From a virus (lineage: Duplodnaviria > Caudoviricetes), in the IMG/VR virus record IMGVR_UViG_3300020420_000671: a DNA stretch of 64,000 nt. One strand, given 5' to 3'. This document shows positions 44,697-54,379 of this stretch, piece by piece. Both the position numbers and the translations under genes were made by a program. Every line of letters begins with the position of its first letter. Positions within the stretch are counted from its first letter, which is position 1. The notes under the pieces are model-generated. The model made no database searches, was not told the DNA's origin, and saw only the letters and a list, made by a program, of their open reading frames with translations.

Positions 44697-45800
44697 ATGG
44701 CAAAAACAGTATTTAATAAAGAAAAAGTGGATTTCACAAAGAGCACGATGTTCTTTGGTCCTGACCAGAACACACAGAGATATGACGTATTCAAGTTTCC
44801 AGAGTTTGATAAACTTAACCAAACCATGTTAGGTTACTTTTGGAGACCTGAAGAAGTTTCATTACAAAAGGATAGAGCAGACTTTGCTAACTTTAGACCG
44901 GAACAAAAACATATCTTTACTGCCAACTTGAAATACCAAACTTTATTGGATAGTGTACAAGGAAGAGGACCTAGTCTAGCATTCCTACCTTATGTTTCAT
45001 TGCCTGAGTTAGAAGGTTGTATTGTTACTTGGGACTTCTTTGAAACAATCCATTCACGTTCATATACACATATTATAAAAAATGTATACTCAGACCCAAG
45101 TGAAGTATTTGATACAATATTAGATGACAAAGAAATTTTGAAACGTGCTCAGTCAGTAACTAAAAACTATGACAGTTTCACCCTAGCGGCTGATGATTGG
45201 TTTCATCGTAAACAAGGAACTATGTATGATGTTAAGAAAAAACTTTTCTTAGCTATGATGAATGTAAACATACTAGAAGGTTTACGTTTTTATGTATCAT
45301 TCGCTTGTACATTTTCTTTTGCTGAATCAAAAAATATGGAAGGCTCAGCTAAAATTGTTTCACTCGTAGCTAGAGACGAAGCAACACATCTAAATTTATC
45401 AACACATGTTCTTAAGAACTGGATCAAAGGAAACGATGACCCAGACATGAAAAAAATTGCTCGTGAATGCGAAGACGAAGTTTTAGAAATGTGGAGAACC
45501 TGCGTTGATGAAGAAAAGGCCTGGGCAAATTATCTTTTCAAAGACGGAGCAATAATTGGTTTGAACGAAGAACTATTACATCATTATGTAGAGTTCATTG
45601 CTAACAAAAGACTGAAAGCATTAGGATACAAAACCATTTATGACCGTCCACTTAACAACAACCCGTTACCTTGGACACAACATTGGCTTTCGAGCTCAGG
45701 ACTTCAAGTAGCACCACAGGAAACAGAAGTAGAAAGTTATATCATTGGTGGTATTAAACAAGATGTTGACAAGGATGTACTGAAAGGTTTCAAATTGTGA
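44697..45800 (+). CDS. nrdB: class Ia ribonucleotide reductase beta subunit
   Basis: FWRPEEV, ETIHSRSY, LEGLRFY, RDEATH and APQETEVESY motifs. Confidence 0.97.
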   Translation: MAKTVFNKEKVDFTKSTMFFGPDQNTQRYDVFKFPEFDKLNQTMLGYFWRPEEVSLQKDRADFANFRPEQKHIFTANLKYQTLLDSVQGRGPSLAFLPYVSLPELEGCIVTWDFFETIHSRSYTHIIKNVYSDPSEVFDTILDDKEILKRAQSVTKNYDSFTLAADDWFHRKQGTMYDVKKKLFLAMMNVNILEGLRFYVSFACTFSFAESKNMEGSAKIVSLVARDEATHLNLSTHVLKNWIKGNDDPDMKKIARECEDEVLEMWRTCVDEEKAWANYLFKDGAIIGLNEELLHHYVEFIANKRLKALGYKTIYDRPLNNNPLPWTQHWLSSSGLQVAPQETEVESYIIGGIKQDVDKDVLKGFKL

Positions 45801-46072
45801 TGAAAGCATTAATCTATAGTAAAACTCATTGCCCTAGTTGTTTAAAGGCAAAGGCAGAGTTTAAGAAATTGGGTGTCGAATATGATGAAAAACTTATTGG
45901 AACTGACATCCAACCTCAAGAATTGTTTACCATTTTCGAGGAAAAAGGATTAGCACAGCCAAGAACAGCACCGCAGATCTTTATAAGTGATACTTATATA
46001 GGAGGATATGAAGCATTGTTGAAATATATTGAAGATACAGGCTTCAACGGAACAGGAGCGTCAGTAGGCTAA
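45797..46072 (+). CDS. glutaredoxin
   Basis: CPSC active site and RTAPQIFI. Confidence 0.9.
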   Translation: MMKALIYSKTHCPSCLKAKAEFKKLGVEYDEKLIGTDIQPQELFTIFEEKGLAQPRTAPQIFISDTYIGGYEALLKYIEDTGFNGTGASVG

Positions 46073-46365
46073 TGTTAATTGAAAAACCATACGGTATTGG
46101 AGATACCGTTACGTTTAAGACTGGGGCCGGCGAAGAAGTAGTAGCCAGAGTCACAGAAGTAAAAGATGATTCTATAAAGGTTAGAAAGCCCATGGTATTG
46201 ACTATGACGGAGAAGGGAATTGGAATGGTTCCTTATGCTTTGACAGTCAGCATGGATACTGAGATGCTTATTAATTTAGCTAACATAGTATTCATTGCTA
46301 AGACAAGTCCAACAACCTCCAAGCAATATGTAGAATCAACGACAGGACTAAAGGTAGTCAACTAA
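46072..46365 (+). CDS. conserved phage hypothetical protein (small beta-barrel)
   Basis: GDTVTFKTGAGEEVVAR...QYVESTTGL. Confidence 0.7.
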   Translation: MLIEKPYGIGDTVTFKTGAGEEVVARVTEVKDDSIKVRKPMVLTMTEKGIGMVPYALTVSMDTEMLINLANIVFIAKTSPTTSKQYVESTTGLKVVN

Positions 46366-46375
46366 AGGAGATAAT

Positions 46376-46555
46376 ATGTCAGATATACACGAACAAATAA
46401 AAGCTCATTACGAAGCATACTTGGCTGAGGCAGAGTCTTTTGATACAAAAGGTGTAAAGGCCGCGGCCGCTAGAGCAAGAAAAGCTCTTGGCGAAATGGG
46501 CAAATTGGCAAAAGCTCGAAGAGCTGAGATCCAAGAAAAAAAGAATAATATGTAA
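46376..46555 (+). CDS. histone H1-like (Hc1-like) 59-aa protein
   Basis: Manually found; KGVKAAAARARKAL motif; AAGGAG RBS. Confidence 0.65.
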   Translation: MSDIHEQIKAHYEAYLAEAESFDTKGVKAAAARARKALGEMGKLAKARRAEIQEKKNNM

Positions 46556-46606
46556 ATAAATATAGTTAAGGAGGAGAAATCCTCCTTAATCTTAGAAGGG
46601 CAAACT

Positions 46607-46825
46607 ATGGCACAACAAGGTAAGCTAAAATGGTATAATCATGTCAAGGGGTACGGCTTCATTTCAAGAGAAGAAGACCAGAAAGACCTCTTTTGTCACG
46701 TGTCTGAATTTAGAAAGTCAGGCATCAAGAAAGTTAAAGAAGGTATGATTATTGAATATGAACTTTCAGACCATAATGGCAAACCAGTAGCAGTCGATAT
46801 CAAAGTAGTTCACATTCCAGAATAG
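46607..46825 (+). CDS. cold-shock domain protein
   Basis: GKLKWYNHVKGYGFI...LFCHVSE RNP motifs. Confidence 0.9.
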   Translation: MAQQGKLKWYNHVKGYGFISREEDQKDLFCHVSEFRKSGIKKVKEGMIIEYELSDHNGKPVAVDIKVVHIPE

Positions 46826-46834
46826 GAGAGGTAG

Positions 46835-47203
46835 ATGGCGGAAGCCATGTTGTTATTCATGTTGGTTATAAAACATGCCCTAGCTGATCTGGTACTACAG
46901 AGCAGACTTACTTCTGGAGACAAAAGCAATCTAAAGAGTTGGAAAGGTTACATACACGCAGGAGACCACGGCCTTCTTACGTTCGTTGTTCTCTTGTTCT
47001 TTACTACCTTTGAAAATTCTGTAATCATAGGCATGTTGGATTACGTGCTTCATTTCCTTATAGACTATATCAAAACTGTATTAGTAAGACGTTTTGGTGT
47101 AGTACAGAATAGCCGAACATTTTGGATTGTACAAGGTGTTGATCAAATAGCACATTATTCTTGTTATTTTCTTTACGTTCTTCTCTTGACAAATCTATTA
47201 TAA
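46835..47203 (+). CDS. DUF3307 family membrane protein
   Basis: KHALADLVLQ...HFLIDYIK...DQIAH. Confidence 0.8.
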   Translation: MAEAMLLFMLVIKHALADLVLQSRLTSGDKSNLKSWKGYIHAGDHGLLTFVVLLFFTTFENSVIIGMLDYVLHFLIDYIKTVLVRRFGVVQNSRTFWIVQGVDQIAHYSCYFLYVLLLTNLL

Positions 47204-47216
47204 GATGCTATAAATA
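47186..47216 (+). promoter_or_regulatory. overlapping sigma70 (TTGACA-17-TATAAA) and late (TATAAATA) promoter for tmRNA
   Basis: Both consensus elements visible. Confidence 0.7.
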
Positions 47217-47220
47217 ATAC

Positions 47221-47283
47221 TACAACGTTGAAGCAATTCAAACGCTGGACAGGACCTGGGGGCAGTACCCAGCAGGTCCACCA
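47221..47283 (+). ncRNA. ssrA: two-piece tmRNA, acceptor piece
   Basis: T-arm CTGGG-GGCAGTA-CCCAG (alphaproteobacterial-type T-loop), 3' acceptor strand CAGGTCC-A-CCA; 5' end approximate. Confidence 0.85.
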
Positions 47284-47296
47284 TAAGGACATTGCT

Positions 47297-47485
47297 ATGG
47301 AAGTCATTTGGCATATTCTACTTACGGTTTGTTTAGGTTCGACCTGCCTAGAGCAAGACGTACAAAGGTTTGAGTCCAAGGTAGAATGTTACAAAGTATT
47401 GAAATACTATGAAACAACACCAGCAGATGGTCGTTGGGACACAGTAGAATATATTTGTAAGCCAGTTGGCTCAGTGTCTTTATGA
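47297..47485 (+). CDS. 62-aa hypothetical protein inside the tmRNA intervening segment
   Basis: AAGGA RBS, MEVIWHILLTVCLGSTC..., four Cys; stop just before the coding piece. Confidence 0.65.
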   Translation: MEVIWHILLTVCLGSTCLEQDVQRFESKVECYKVLKYYETTPADGRWDTVEYICKPVGSVSL

Positions 47486-47486
47486 T

Positions 47487-47706
47487 GGGCCTGAAATAGG
47501 ATCGACTGACGGATTAGTAGAAGAGTGGAGTTGTCCGGATGTAAGCTCGGTTAACGCGAACAAACGTTATAAATGCAAACGATAATGCATCAAACGTATT
47601 TTCTTTCGTAGATTTTTCTAACGCGAGAAAGTACGTGAATGAGGATTTCGCCTTAGCGGCTTAATCGCTCGGGGTTGGCAACTTACCTAGCAACAGAAAA
47701 GTTGCT
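47487..47706 (+). ncRNA. ssrA: two-piece tmRNA, coding piece (tag ANDNASNVFSFVDFSNARKYVNEDFALAA)
   Basis: 5' GGGCCTG pairs with CAGGTCC giving G3:U70; AAATAGGATCGAC D-region; TAAAT-GCA resume codon at 47575, stop at 47664. Confidence 0.9.
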
Positions 47707-47723
47707 TTTTTATGGGAGCTAGT

Positions 47724-48554
47724 ATGAATATTGGAGTTAGAGGTAGCAAACTAGCAATTGAATATGCTAAACAAGTAGAAGCACAATGTTTTAACAGTTT
47801 CCATACCAATCTCATTACAATCAAAACAGACGGTGATATCTTTGAGAATAAAAGCATACAAGACATAGGCGGCAAAGGTGTTTTTGTTTCTGCTATTGAA
47901 CAGCAATTATTAGATAAAAAGATAGATGTTGCTGTACACTCTTTCAAAGATCTTCCTGCGGTAATGGATTCAAGATTAGAAATATCAGCAGTATTAGAAC
48001 GCAATGATCCGAGAGATTGTTATATTGGAACGTTGTTTCCGAAAGCTAAAGTAGGTACAGGTAGTCCTAGACGTATTGCCCAACTACAAACAAACTTCAA
48101 TGTAGACTTTGATATACAGCACATAAGAGGCAATATAGATACTAGAATAAAAAAGCTAGAACAAGGAAAGTATGACGCTATTGTTTTAGCAGTAGCAGGA
48201 CTAGAAGCATTGGGTTTACAACACAAAATTACAAAGATATTTCCATTTGATAAAATGTTGCCTTGTGTAGGACAAGGAGTAATAGCAATACAAACTAGAA
48301 AAGGATCATCGCATAGTGAGGTTGCGAAACTAAATAATCACTGGAATACATACTATTCTGTGATGGCTGAACGTGCTATGTTACAAGAGATAGACGGAGA
48401 CTGCCATACTGCCGTAGGTGCTATTTCTACTCTAGTTGGAGGCTGTATAAATTTAAAAGCAATAAATTATAATACAGGAAAACAGTTTGAGTCAACCAGT
48501 AAACTGTTAGAGTATAAATTATTAGGTGAGGAAGTAGGTAAACAGTTAAAGTGA
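47724..48554 (+). CDS. hemC: porphobilinogen deaminase
   Basis: GVRGSKLA, KTDGD, GGKGVFV, AVHSFKDLP, VGTGSPRR and IRGNIDTRIKKL motifs. Confidence 0.92.
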   Translation: MNIGVRGSKLAIEYAKQVEAQCFNSFHTNLITIKTDGDIFENKSIQDIGGKGVFVSAIEQQLLDKKIDVAVHSFKDLPAVMDSRLEISAVLERNDPRDCYIGTLFPKAKVGTGSPRRIAQLQTNFNVDFDIQHIRGNIDTRIKKLEQGKYDAIVLAVAGLEALGLQHKITKIFPFDKMLPCVGQGVIAIQTRKGSSHSEVAKLNNHWNTYYSVMAERAMLQEIDGDCHTAVGAISTLVGGCINLKAINYNTGKQFESTSKLLEYKLLGEEVGKQLK

Positions 48555-49531
48555 ATAAAAAATTTGAAAACGCCTGTAATAGGAAGAGCCAAAAAGTTCC
48601 TCCTATTTGGTTTATGCGACAAGCAGGTAGATATCATTCTCATTATAGAGATCTTAAAAAAGTAAACACATTCGAACTTTTATGTAAAACTCCGGAACTA
48701 GCCGCTGAAGTGGCATTAGGTCCTATAAAAGAATTTGATTATGATGTTTCAATATTATTTTCTGATATACTATTTCCTTTGGAGGGACTAGGCTTACCAT
48801 TAAGATTCGATCCAGGACCTAAGTTTCAGTTTAATCTTAGCAAAGATAATGTTAAACATCTGAGAGATGTTGATAAAGCAATTGAATTCCTTTCGTTTCA
48901 GAGAGATGCTCTTATAACAACAAGAGCAATACTGCCCAAAAGAAAAAGTCTAATTGGTTTTGTTGGAGGACCTTGGACATTAATGAACTATGCTTGTGGA
49001 AAAGCAAAAGTAACAGATAAGTTTAAATTAGATTATATGAAGTCTACTCTTATACCGTTACTAAAAAGAAATATAGAGTTACAGATAAATGCTGGTGCTG
49101 AGAAGGTTATGATTTTCGATAGCGGACTTCAAAACATGACGACTAAATTTTTTAATTCTAAATATTCTCCTTTATTGATGTCTTTGGCCATGCCACAAAC
49201 TGCTTACTATAGCAGAAACCTGCCCAGAAAATGTATCAATAAAGTAGTAGAAGGAGACTGGGGTGGCATAGGCGTTGATAGTAAGATAGACATAATAGAC
49301 TGTTTAGAAACTGTAGATAAAGGTTTTGTTCAAGGAAACTTTGATGAACGTAAAATGCTTTTACCTAAGTACAAGTTTATGTATGAAATAGAAAGATACT
49401 GTGACGATATTAGAAAATCAAAAGTTGACACAACAGGTTGGGTATGTGGATTGGGACATGGTATAGATAAGACGACTCCGGAAGAACACGTACATTTATT
49501 CATAGAAACTGTTAGAAACAGATTCTCATAA
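48551..49531 (+). CDS. hemE: uroporphyrinogen decarboxylase
   Basis: PIWFMRQAGRY, ILFSDIL, IGFVGGPWT, VQGNFD and LGHGI motifs. Confidence 0.92.
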   Translation: MNKKFENACNRKSQKVPPIWFMRQAGRYHSHYRDLKKVNTFELLCKTPELAAEVALGPIKEFDYDVSILFSDILFPLEGLGLPLRFDPGPKFQFNLSKDNVKHLRDVDKAIEFLSFQRDALITTRAILPKRKSLIGFVGGPWTLMNYACGKAKVTDKFKLDYMKSTLIPLLKRNIELQINAGAEKVMIFDSGLQNMTTKFFNSKYSPLLMSLAMPQTAYYSRNLPRKCINKVVEGDWGGIGVDSKIDIIDCLETVDKGFVQGNFDERKMLLPKYKFMYEIERYCDDIRKSKVDTTGWVCGLGHGIDKTTPEEHVHLFIETVRNRFS

Positions 49532-49660
49532 TTTCTTTTTTTTATTCATGCCCATGTAATGCTCAGATGGTTCGTAATCCCATCTTTTGCCATGGTGGCC
49601 ACGTATGTCTGCGTACCACATTCTCATTCGGACAATGAACTTTCTAAGTCCAAGACTCAC
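49526..49660 (-). CDS. 44-aa basic peptide (..MRMWYADIRGHHGKRWDYEP..)
   Basis: Manually found; GTG overlaps upstream TAG. Confidence 0.45.
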   Translation of the reverse strand: MSLGLRKFIVRMRMWYADIRGHHGKRWDYEPSEHYMGMNKKKKL

Positions 49661-49857
49661 TAGATGCTCCTATAAGATTTAGGAATACCATCCCTTCCGC
49701 GTATCATTTCACCTGTATCAGAATAAGCACCACACATTCTACCGTTTGCTCCAGGTCCATAATATCTTACTGGCTTTACTTCAATCGCTTCTCCATCTCT
49801 CATTGCTGTCTTTTTATGATTGACGGATATTACTCCTCTTTGCTTTATGCCAGCCAT
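49660..49857 (-). CDS. hypothetical protein
   Basis: 65-aa ORF. Confidence 0.65.
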   Translation of the reverse strand: MAGIKQRGVISVNHKKTAMRDGEAIEVKPVRYYGPGANGRMCGAYSDTGEMIRGRDGIPKSYRSI

Positions 49858-49858
49858 A

Positions 49859-50062
49859 TTACTTTCCTATCTTCTTAGATCTTCCTAATGGCAACTTTAT
49901 CTTCTTAGTCATGTCTTTACCTTTTTTACCGATCCAGCTTACAACAGTTTCAGTAGCTTTGGCTCCTCCTTGGAATGACTTTACAGCCTTCTTCCAACCA
50001 AGAGCTGTGACTTCCTTGATTTCTTCCCCATTAGTGAATTTAAATATACGTTTTTTGGACAT
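49859..50062 (-). CDS. basic hypothetical protein
   Basis: 67-aa ORF behind late-type ATAAATA. Confidence 0.65.
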   Translation of the reverse strand: MSKKRIFKFTNGEEIKEVTALGWKKAVKSFQGGAKATETVVSWIGKKGKDMTKKIKLPLGRSKKIGK

Positions 50063-50128
50063 AGTATTTCCTTTTGGGTTTATTTATATGTATTTAATAA
50101 ATATACGTATATAATATGGAGGAATACA

Positions 50129-50272
50129 ATGGCAAAGATGTTCACTACGTCAACTCATGAAACTACCAAGAAGAAAACCAGCATTGGTAATAAGAAATCC
50201 ATGACGAAGACTAGCTCTATGAATAAGAGCAAACGCAGAAGCTATAAAGTATATCGCGGACAAGGGAGATAA
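50129..50272 (+). CDS. 47-aa basic protein ending YRGQGR
   Basis: Manually found; GGAGG RBS. Confidence 0.6.
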   Translation: MAKMFTTSTHETTKKKTSIGNKKSMTKTSSMNKSKRRSYKVYRGQGR

Positions 50273-50274
50273 AG

Positions 50275-50706
50275 ATGTATGAGTATAAATGTAAAATATT
50301 AAGAGTGGTCGATGGTGATACAGTAGATGTTGATATAGATCTAGGATTTGGTATGTGGATGCATAAGGAAAGAGTACGCATCATGGGAATTGATACACCA
50401 GAGTCTAGAACGAGAGATAAGATAGAAAAGAAGTTTGGTTTGGCAAGCAAGGCAAGACTAAAAGAACTTTTACCCATAGGATCTAAACAGGTTTTACACA
50501 CTCAAATAGATAAGTCTGGAGAAGATAAAAAAGGAAAGTTTGGACGCATTCTAGGAGACTTCATGATAGACACAAAATTTGCTACTAGCATTATGATAGA
50601 TGAAGGATATGCTGTAGCTTATAACGGCCAAAACAAAGACGCAGTTGAACAAGCTCACTTAAATAATAGGGAACGTCTTATAAAGGAAGGAAAGGTCCAA
50701 GTATGA
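50275..50706 (+). CDS. thermonuclease (SNase-like) family protein
   Basis: RVVDGDTVD...VRIMGIDTPESR...GKFGRILG. Confidence 0.85.
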   Translation: MYEYKCKILRVVDGDTVDVDIDLGFGMWMHKERVRIMGIDTPESRTRDKIEKKFGLASKARLKELLPIGSKQVLHTQIDKSGEDKKGKFGRILGDFMIDTKFATSIMIDEGYAVAYNGQNKDAVEQAHLNNRERLIKEGKVQV

Positions 50707-50999
50707 ATGTAGCATACATTTTTCTAGCAACAATTTTTTATATCGCAACTCCAAACATTCAAGAAAACTTATACAGTTGGCAAATATCGTTTAATAGTTT
50801 TGAAAAGTGTGAACAGTTTTTTGATCTATATGGAGCTAGTTTGATGAATGGTGTCATAGATCACGGAACAAACAAATATGGACAACAAGTAGGATTGGAT
50901 TATCTAGCTTGTGCCAAAGTAACAATAGATCCTCAATCTTTAATAGATGGAGATACACATCCAAAAATTTTAGATCAACGGGTCATGTATAAAAGGTAA
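50703..50999 (+). CDS. exported hypothetical protein
   Basis: Hydrophobic N-terminus, two Cys. Confidence 0.6.
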   Translation: MNVAYIFLATIFYIATPNIQENLYSWQISFNSFEKCEQFFDLYGASLMNGVIDHGTNKYGQQVGLDYLACAKVTIDPQSLIDGDTHPKILDQRVMYKR

Positions 51000-51005
51000 A
51001 AATAA

Positions 51006-51266
51006 ATGAAAGTACTAATAGTAGCTTTAATGGCAATAACTATGACAGACGGAAGTAGAGATATTTTCGTATTTACAAAACCACAATTCCAAAATACAAC
51101 TCAATGTGTCGAATATGTACAACAAAACTCACGAGCATTGATGTATAGATTGTATAAAGAGTATCCTGGAGATAAATTGGACAGAATTATGTGTATTCCT
51201 GAAGAGAATGTAGAGAAGATACTTGAGATGTCTGTGCCAAAATCCAAACCTGAACTAGGTGCTTAA
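51006..51266 (+). CDS. exported hypothetical protein
   Basis: Hydrophobic N-terminus, two Cys. Confidence 0.6.
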   Translation: MKVLIVALMAITMTDGSRDIFVFTKPQFQNTTQCVEYVQQNSRALMYRLYKEYPGDKLDRIMCIPEENVEKILEMSVPKSKPELGA

Positions 51267-51379
51267 CCAAAACACTTGACAGAACCTGCACTTTATTATA
51301 TAGTGTTACTATGTTTATAAAAGATAAACTTAAAACAACTAGAGTTCTTTTGAGCTCTATTTTCAATAAAGGAGGCCCA

Positions 51380-51640
51380 ATGATGGCAACAATAAACAAA
51401 GGTTCTACTTACTATAGAGTAGGTTCACAAAACCAACAAATCCTAGCAAACTACTGGGGTACTGGTAAAACTTTCACCTTAGAAGGTTTGAAGGCTAAAT
51501 TAGACATAGCATCGCCAGGTGCTAGAATCTCTGAATTAAGAGAAAATGGTTTCAACGTAAAAGCAAAACCACAAAATGATGGTAACGTTGGAAGACCAGT
51601 TCTTGAATACCAAATTTCAAGAAGAAGAACTTTTGCGTAA
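51380..51640 (+). CDS. winged-HTH DNA-binding protein
   Basis: SPGARISELRENGF; ATG behind GGAGG. Confidence 0.7.
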   Translation: MMATINKGSTYYRVGSQNQQILANYWGTGKTFTLEGLKAKLDIASPGARISELRENGFNVKAKPQNDGNVGRPVLEYQISRRRTFA

Positions 51641-51714
51641 TTAACCAAAAGAACTTGACATTTGCGCCTGTGAGTGCTATAATATTATATATTAATTAGG
51701 CAGGAGCAGGCGCA

Positions 51715-52164
51715 ATGACAATGCATTTACAAAGAGGACTTACGACTCTTAATACAAAAAAACGTAAAGCATCTAAAAGAAAGCCAGACAGTCACTATAT
51801 GGATGGCTGGCGTAAACAAAATAAGTTTTACAAACAAAAAAATCTTCCTACAATGACACTTACAGAATATATTGATTATGTTCACGGTGTGTACAAACCT
51901 AAGACTGAGCCTCGTGCGATATCTACGCCATGGCATCATGTGGATTCAACCTACAGAAGAGAAACTCCTAATGTTCCTAGTTCTAATAGTGAACATAGTT
52001 TTGCTCCTGCTACAAAGAAAGAGTCATTACAATACACGGGAGAGAGACGACTTGTTGGTATAGCAATGATGCATAAGAGTAATTTGGTTCCTGTATTTGC
52101 TGATGATGACGATAAGACTGGTTCAAAGCAGGCAACAGAGATAGCACAGATGAGGAGAAACTAA
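51715..52164 (+). CDS. conserved phage hypothetical protein
   Basis: YTGERRLVGIAMMHKSNLVPVF; sigma70 promoter upstream. Confidence 0.75.
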   Translation: MTMHLQRGLTTLNTKKRKASKRKPDSHYMDGWRKQNKFYKQKNLPTMTLTEYIDYVHGVYKPKTEPRAISTPWHHVDSTYRRETPNVPSSNSEHSFAPATKKESLQYTGERRLVGIAMMHKSNLVPVFADDDDKTGSKQATEIAQMRRN

Positions 52165-52784
52165 TGTTGGAGTATTACAATCTCATTAACCAATTTAAAT
52201 ATTATATGAAACTAGTATCTAAATTCTTTCTTACTTTAAGTTTAATCTTCATAAGCATTCCTATGTCGTTTGCTTCTGCTATTACATTACAGAACGCAGT
52301 TGAAGGTGAATTATACACAGAAAAATCACAACCAGAATTATATTGTATGGCTATGAACATTTACTTTGAAGCCAAATCAGAACCAAAGGCAGGACAATAT
52401 GCTGTCGCTGACGTTACTTTAAATCGTGTAAATGATAGTAGATATCCTAATTCTATCTGTGAAGTTGTATTACAAGGACCTACTCGTGAGAGTTGGAAAA
52501 CAAGACAAAACGAAACTCTAACAGAAGACGAAAGAAAATTTTATCCTGTAAAACACAGATGTCAGTTTTCCTGGTATTGTGACGGTAAAGCTGATAAAGT
52601 TAGAGATGGAGATGCTTGGAGGAAAGCACAGGAGTATGCCTATAGAATTGTTGTAGAAGGCAAGTATAGAGGTATTACTGAAGGAGCGACTCACTACCAT
52701 GCCACTTATGTTAGTCCCAAATGGGCACCGCAATTGGATTTGGTTGGAAGAGTAGGAAGGCATATATTTTATAGATGGCCATAA
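52164..52784 (+). CDS. cell-wall hydrolase, SleB/CwlJ family
   Basis: CMAMNIYFEAK, VTLNRVNDSRYPNSICEVV, CQFSW, ATHYHA and HIFY motifs. Confidence 0.9.
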   Translation: MLEYYNLINQFKYYMKLVSKFFLTLSLIFISIPMSFASAITLQNAVEGELYTEKSQPELYCMAMNIYFEAKSEPKAGQYAVADVTLNRVNDSRYPNSICEVVLQGPTRESWKTRQNETLTEDERKFYPVKHRCQFSWYCDGKADKVRDGDAWRKAQEYAYRIVVEGKYRGITEGATHYHATYVSPKWAPQLDLVGRVGRHIFYRWP

Positions 52785-53458
52785 AACTTTGGAAAAAAAT
52801 TCCGCAAAGAATAAGAACCATATTTTTATTGACCTTATTTTGGCTCGTTACGGTTAGTGGAGCCTACATGATAGGCACTACCCAACCCAATAAATGGGTA
52901 GTAGCTGATATTACCAAAGCAGTTCAAAATGATGTTCAGTCTGAATGGAAAGAGTACGGATTCTTTGAACCAGACATGAGTTATAGTAATAATACTAGCT
53001 TTATAAAAGCAGTTACAAAATGTATTGACTATGTGAATCTTACAACTCCTGTTGAACTACGAGTACCACGTGAAATAATAGTAGCAATGGCTGTATTAGA
53101 AACTGGGTACGGATCAAGTAGATTTGCTCTAAAAGGAAATAATCTCTTTGGGATTAGAACTTGGAACAAAGATGAAGCACAACTGAAACCAAAAGACAAT
53201 CCTGACGTAGAATGGGGCGTAAAACAATACATTACTAAATGCCAATCTGTAAAGGATATGGTTTCTATTATTAATAGGTTACCAGTTTATGCTGATTTCA
53301 GAGAAGCAAGAGCAGAACAATTGAAGACCGGTGATCGTGATGTGTTTGCTCTTGTGCCTCTTTTGAGTGAATGGAGTACCAATCCAAACTACTCAAACCT
53401 AATAATATCAAAGGTTAAAAAGATTCAAAAGATTTTGGCAAAAAAAGTTTCCAAATAG
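52775..53458 (+). CDS. glucosaminidase (GH73-like) with N-terminal TM
   Basis: AMAVLETGYGSSRFA..GNNLFGIR and WSTNPNY motifs. Confidence 0.85.
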   Translation: MAIKLWKKIPQRIRTIFLLTLFWLVTVSGAYMIGTTQPNKWVVADITKAVQNDVQSEWKEYGFFEPDMSYSNNTSFIKAVTKCIDYVNLTTPVELRVPREIIVAMAVLETGYGSSRFALKGNNLFGIRTWNKDEAQLKPKDNPDVEWGVKQYITKCQSVKDMVSIINRLPVYADFREARAEQLKTGDRDVFALVPLLSEWSTNPNYSNLIISKVKKIQKILAKKVSK

Positions 53459-53541
53459 TCTTGACATTTGCACTTTATTATCGTATAATGTAATTATAAA
53501 TGTAACTCGTTCACAATGAACGCAATGAAATGGAGGCTTTG

Positions 53542-54054
53542 ATGAAAGGCATTTTAAAAATAGGCGCATTAGTAACAATAGTAGGTATGCTACAGGCATG
53601 TTCAGGTATGGTTACAATCGCTGAACGTGAAGACTATGCTCAACCAAAATGGTACGCCAACTGTGTTGAGAGTGGAACTACTGGCTGGTTCTGGTGGAAA
53701 GAAGAATATGCTTATGCTTGTGGAGCAGGTGAAAGTGTTTTCCAACAAGCCGCAGAAGAGCAGATGTATGCTATAGCAATGAATAATTTTGCTAAAAGAA
53801 TTAACAGTGAAGTAAATTCTAACACTAAACTAAAGTTTGTAGATAATAACGGCAAAGAATCTAGAGCAACAAGCACTACGATTTCTTATGTAGTTAAAGA
53901 CACAACTATTAGAGAGCATATTGCTAAAGAAACAGGTACTTTTAAATACCAAGGTAAAATGTTTACCTTTGTAAAACTAAGGATGCCAAAGACTATCTTT
54001 GACGAACTCATCCAGGAGGCAAAAAGTGCGAAAGTTTCAGTGGCAACTAATTAA
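53542..54054 (+). CDS. lipoprotein
   Basis: LQAC lipobox, QPKWY. Confidence 0.7.
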   Translation: MKGILKIGALVTIVGMLQACSGMVTIAEREDYAQPKWYANCVESGTTGWFWWKEEYAYACGAGESVFQQAAEEQMYAIAMNNFAKRINSEVNSNTKLKFVDNNGKESRATSTTISYVVKDTTIREHIAKETGTFKYQGKMFTFVKLRMPKTIFDELIQEAKSAKVSVATN

Positions 54055-54379
54055 TCCAATAATTATCGTAGGAGCAGTCATGGCTTTGAGTGCCTGCTCT
54101 TCGCACAACAAACCTGTGATGTCACAGTTCCAACCACAGTATTGCCATACAGATAGCAATCACACATTGGTTGACGGGAACAAAGCATCTAGCAGAGTGG
54201 ATGTCAGATGTACTGATAATCCTAAGGATAAACACTTCTTGGCTTACAGTGGTATTGCCAAGACATGTAGGGAGCATTATTATGAAATTTGGCTTAACGG
54301 AAAGGCTGTTAAACAACGTGGCTTTGTATGTCAAAAACTCGACGGTAGTTGGGAAATCGTTAATCATCCTTACAATTAG
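54026..54379 (+). CDS. lipoprotein
   Basis: GTG behind GGAGG; LSAC lipobox; several Cys. Confidence 0.7.
   Translation: MRKFQWQLINPIIIVGAVMALSACSSHNKPVMSQFQPQYCHTDSNHTLVDGNKASSRVDVRCTDNPKDKHFLAYSGIAKTCREHYYEIWLNGKAVKQRGFVCQKLDGSWEIVNHPYN

Noticed and set aside
42299-45800. Introns, inteins or homing endonucleases in nrdA/nrdB
   Set aside because: Both ORFs are continuous, of normal length and carry all expected motifs.
47228-47296. ORF-track N-terminal extension MKQFKRWTGPGGSTQQVHHK
   Set aside because: It overlaps the tmRNA T-arm and CCA; the RBS-supported start is ATG 47297.
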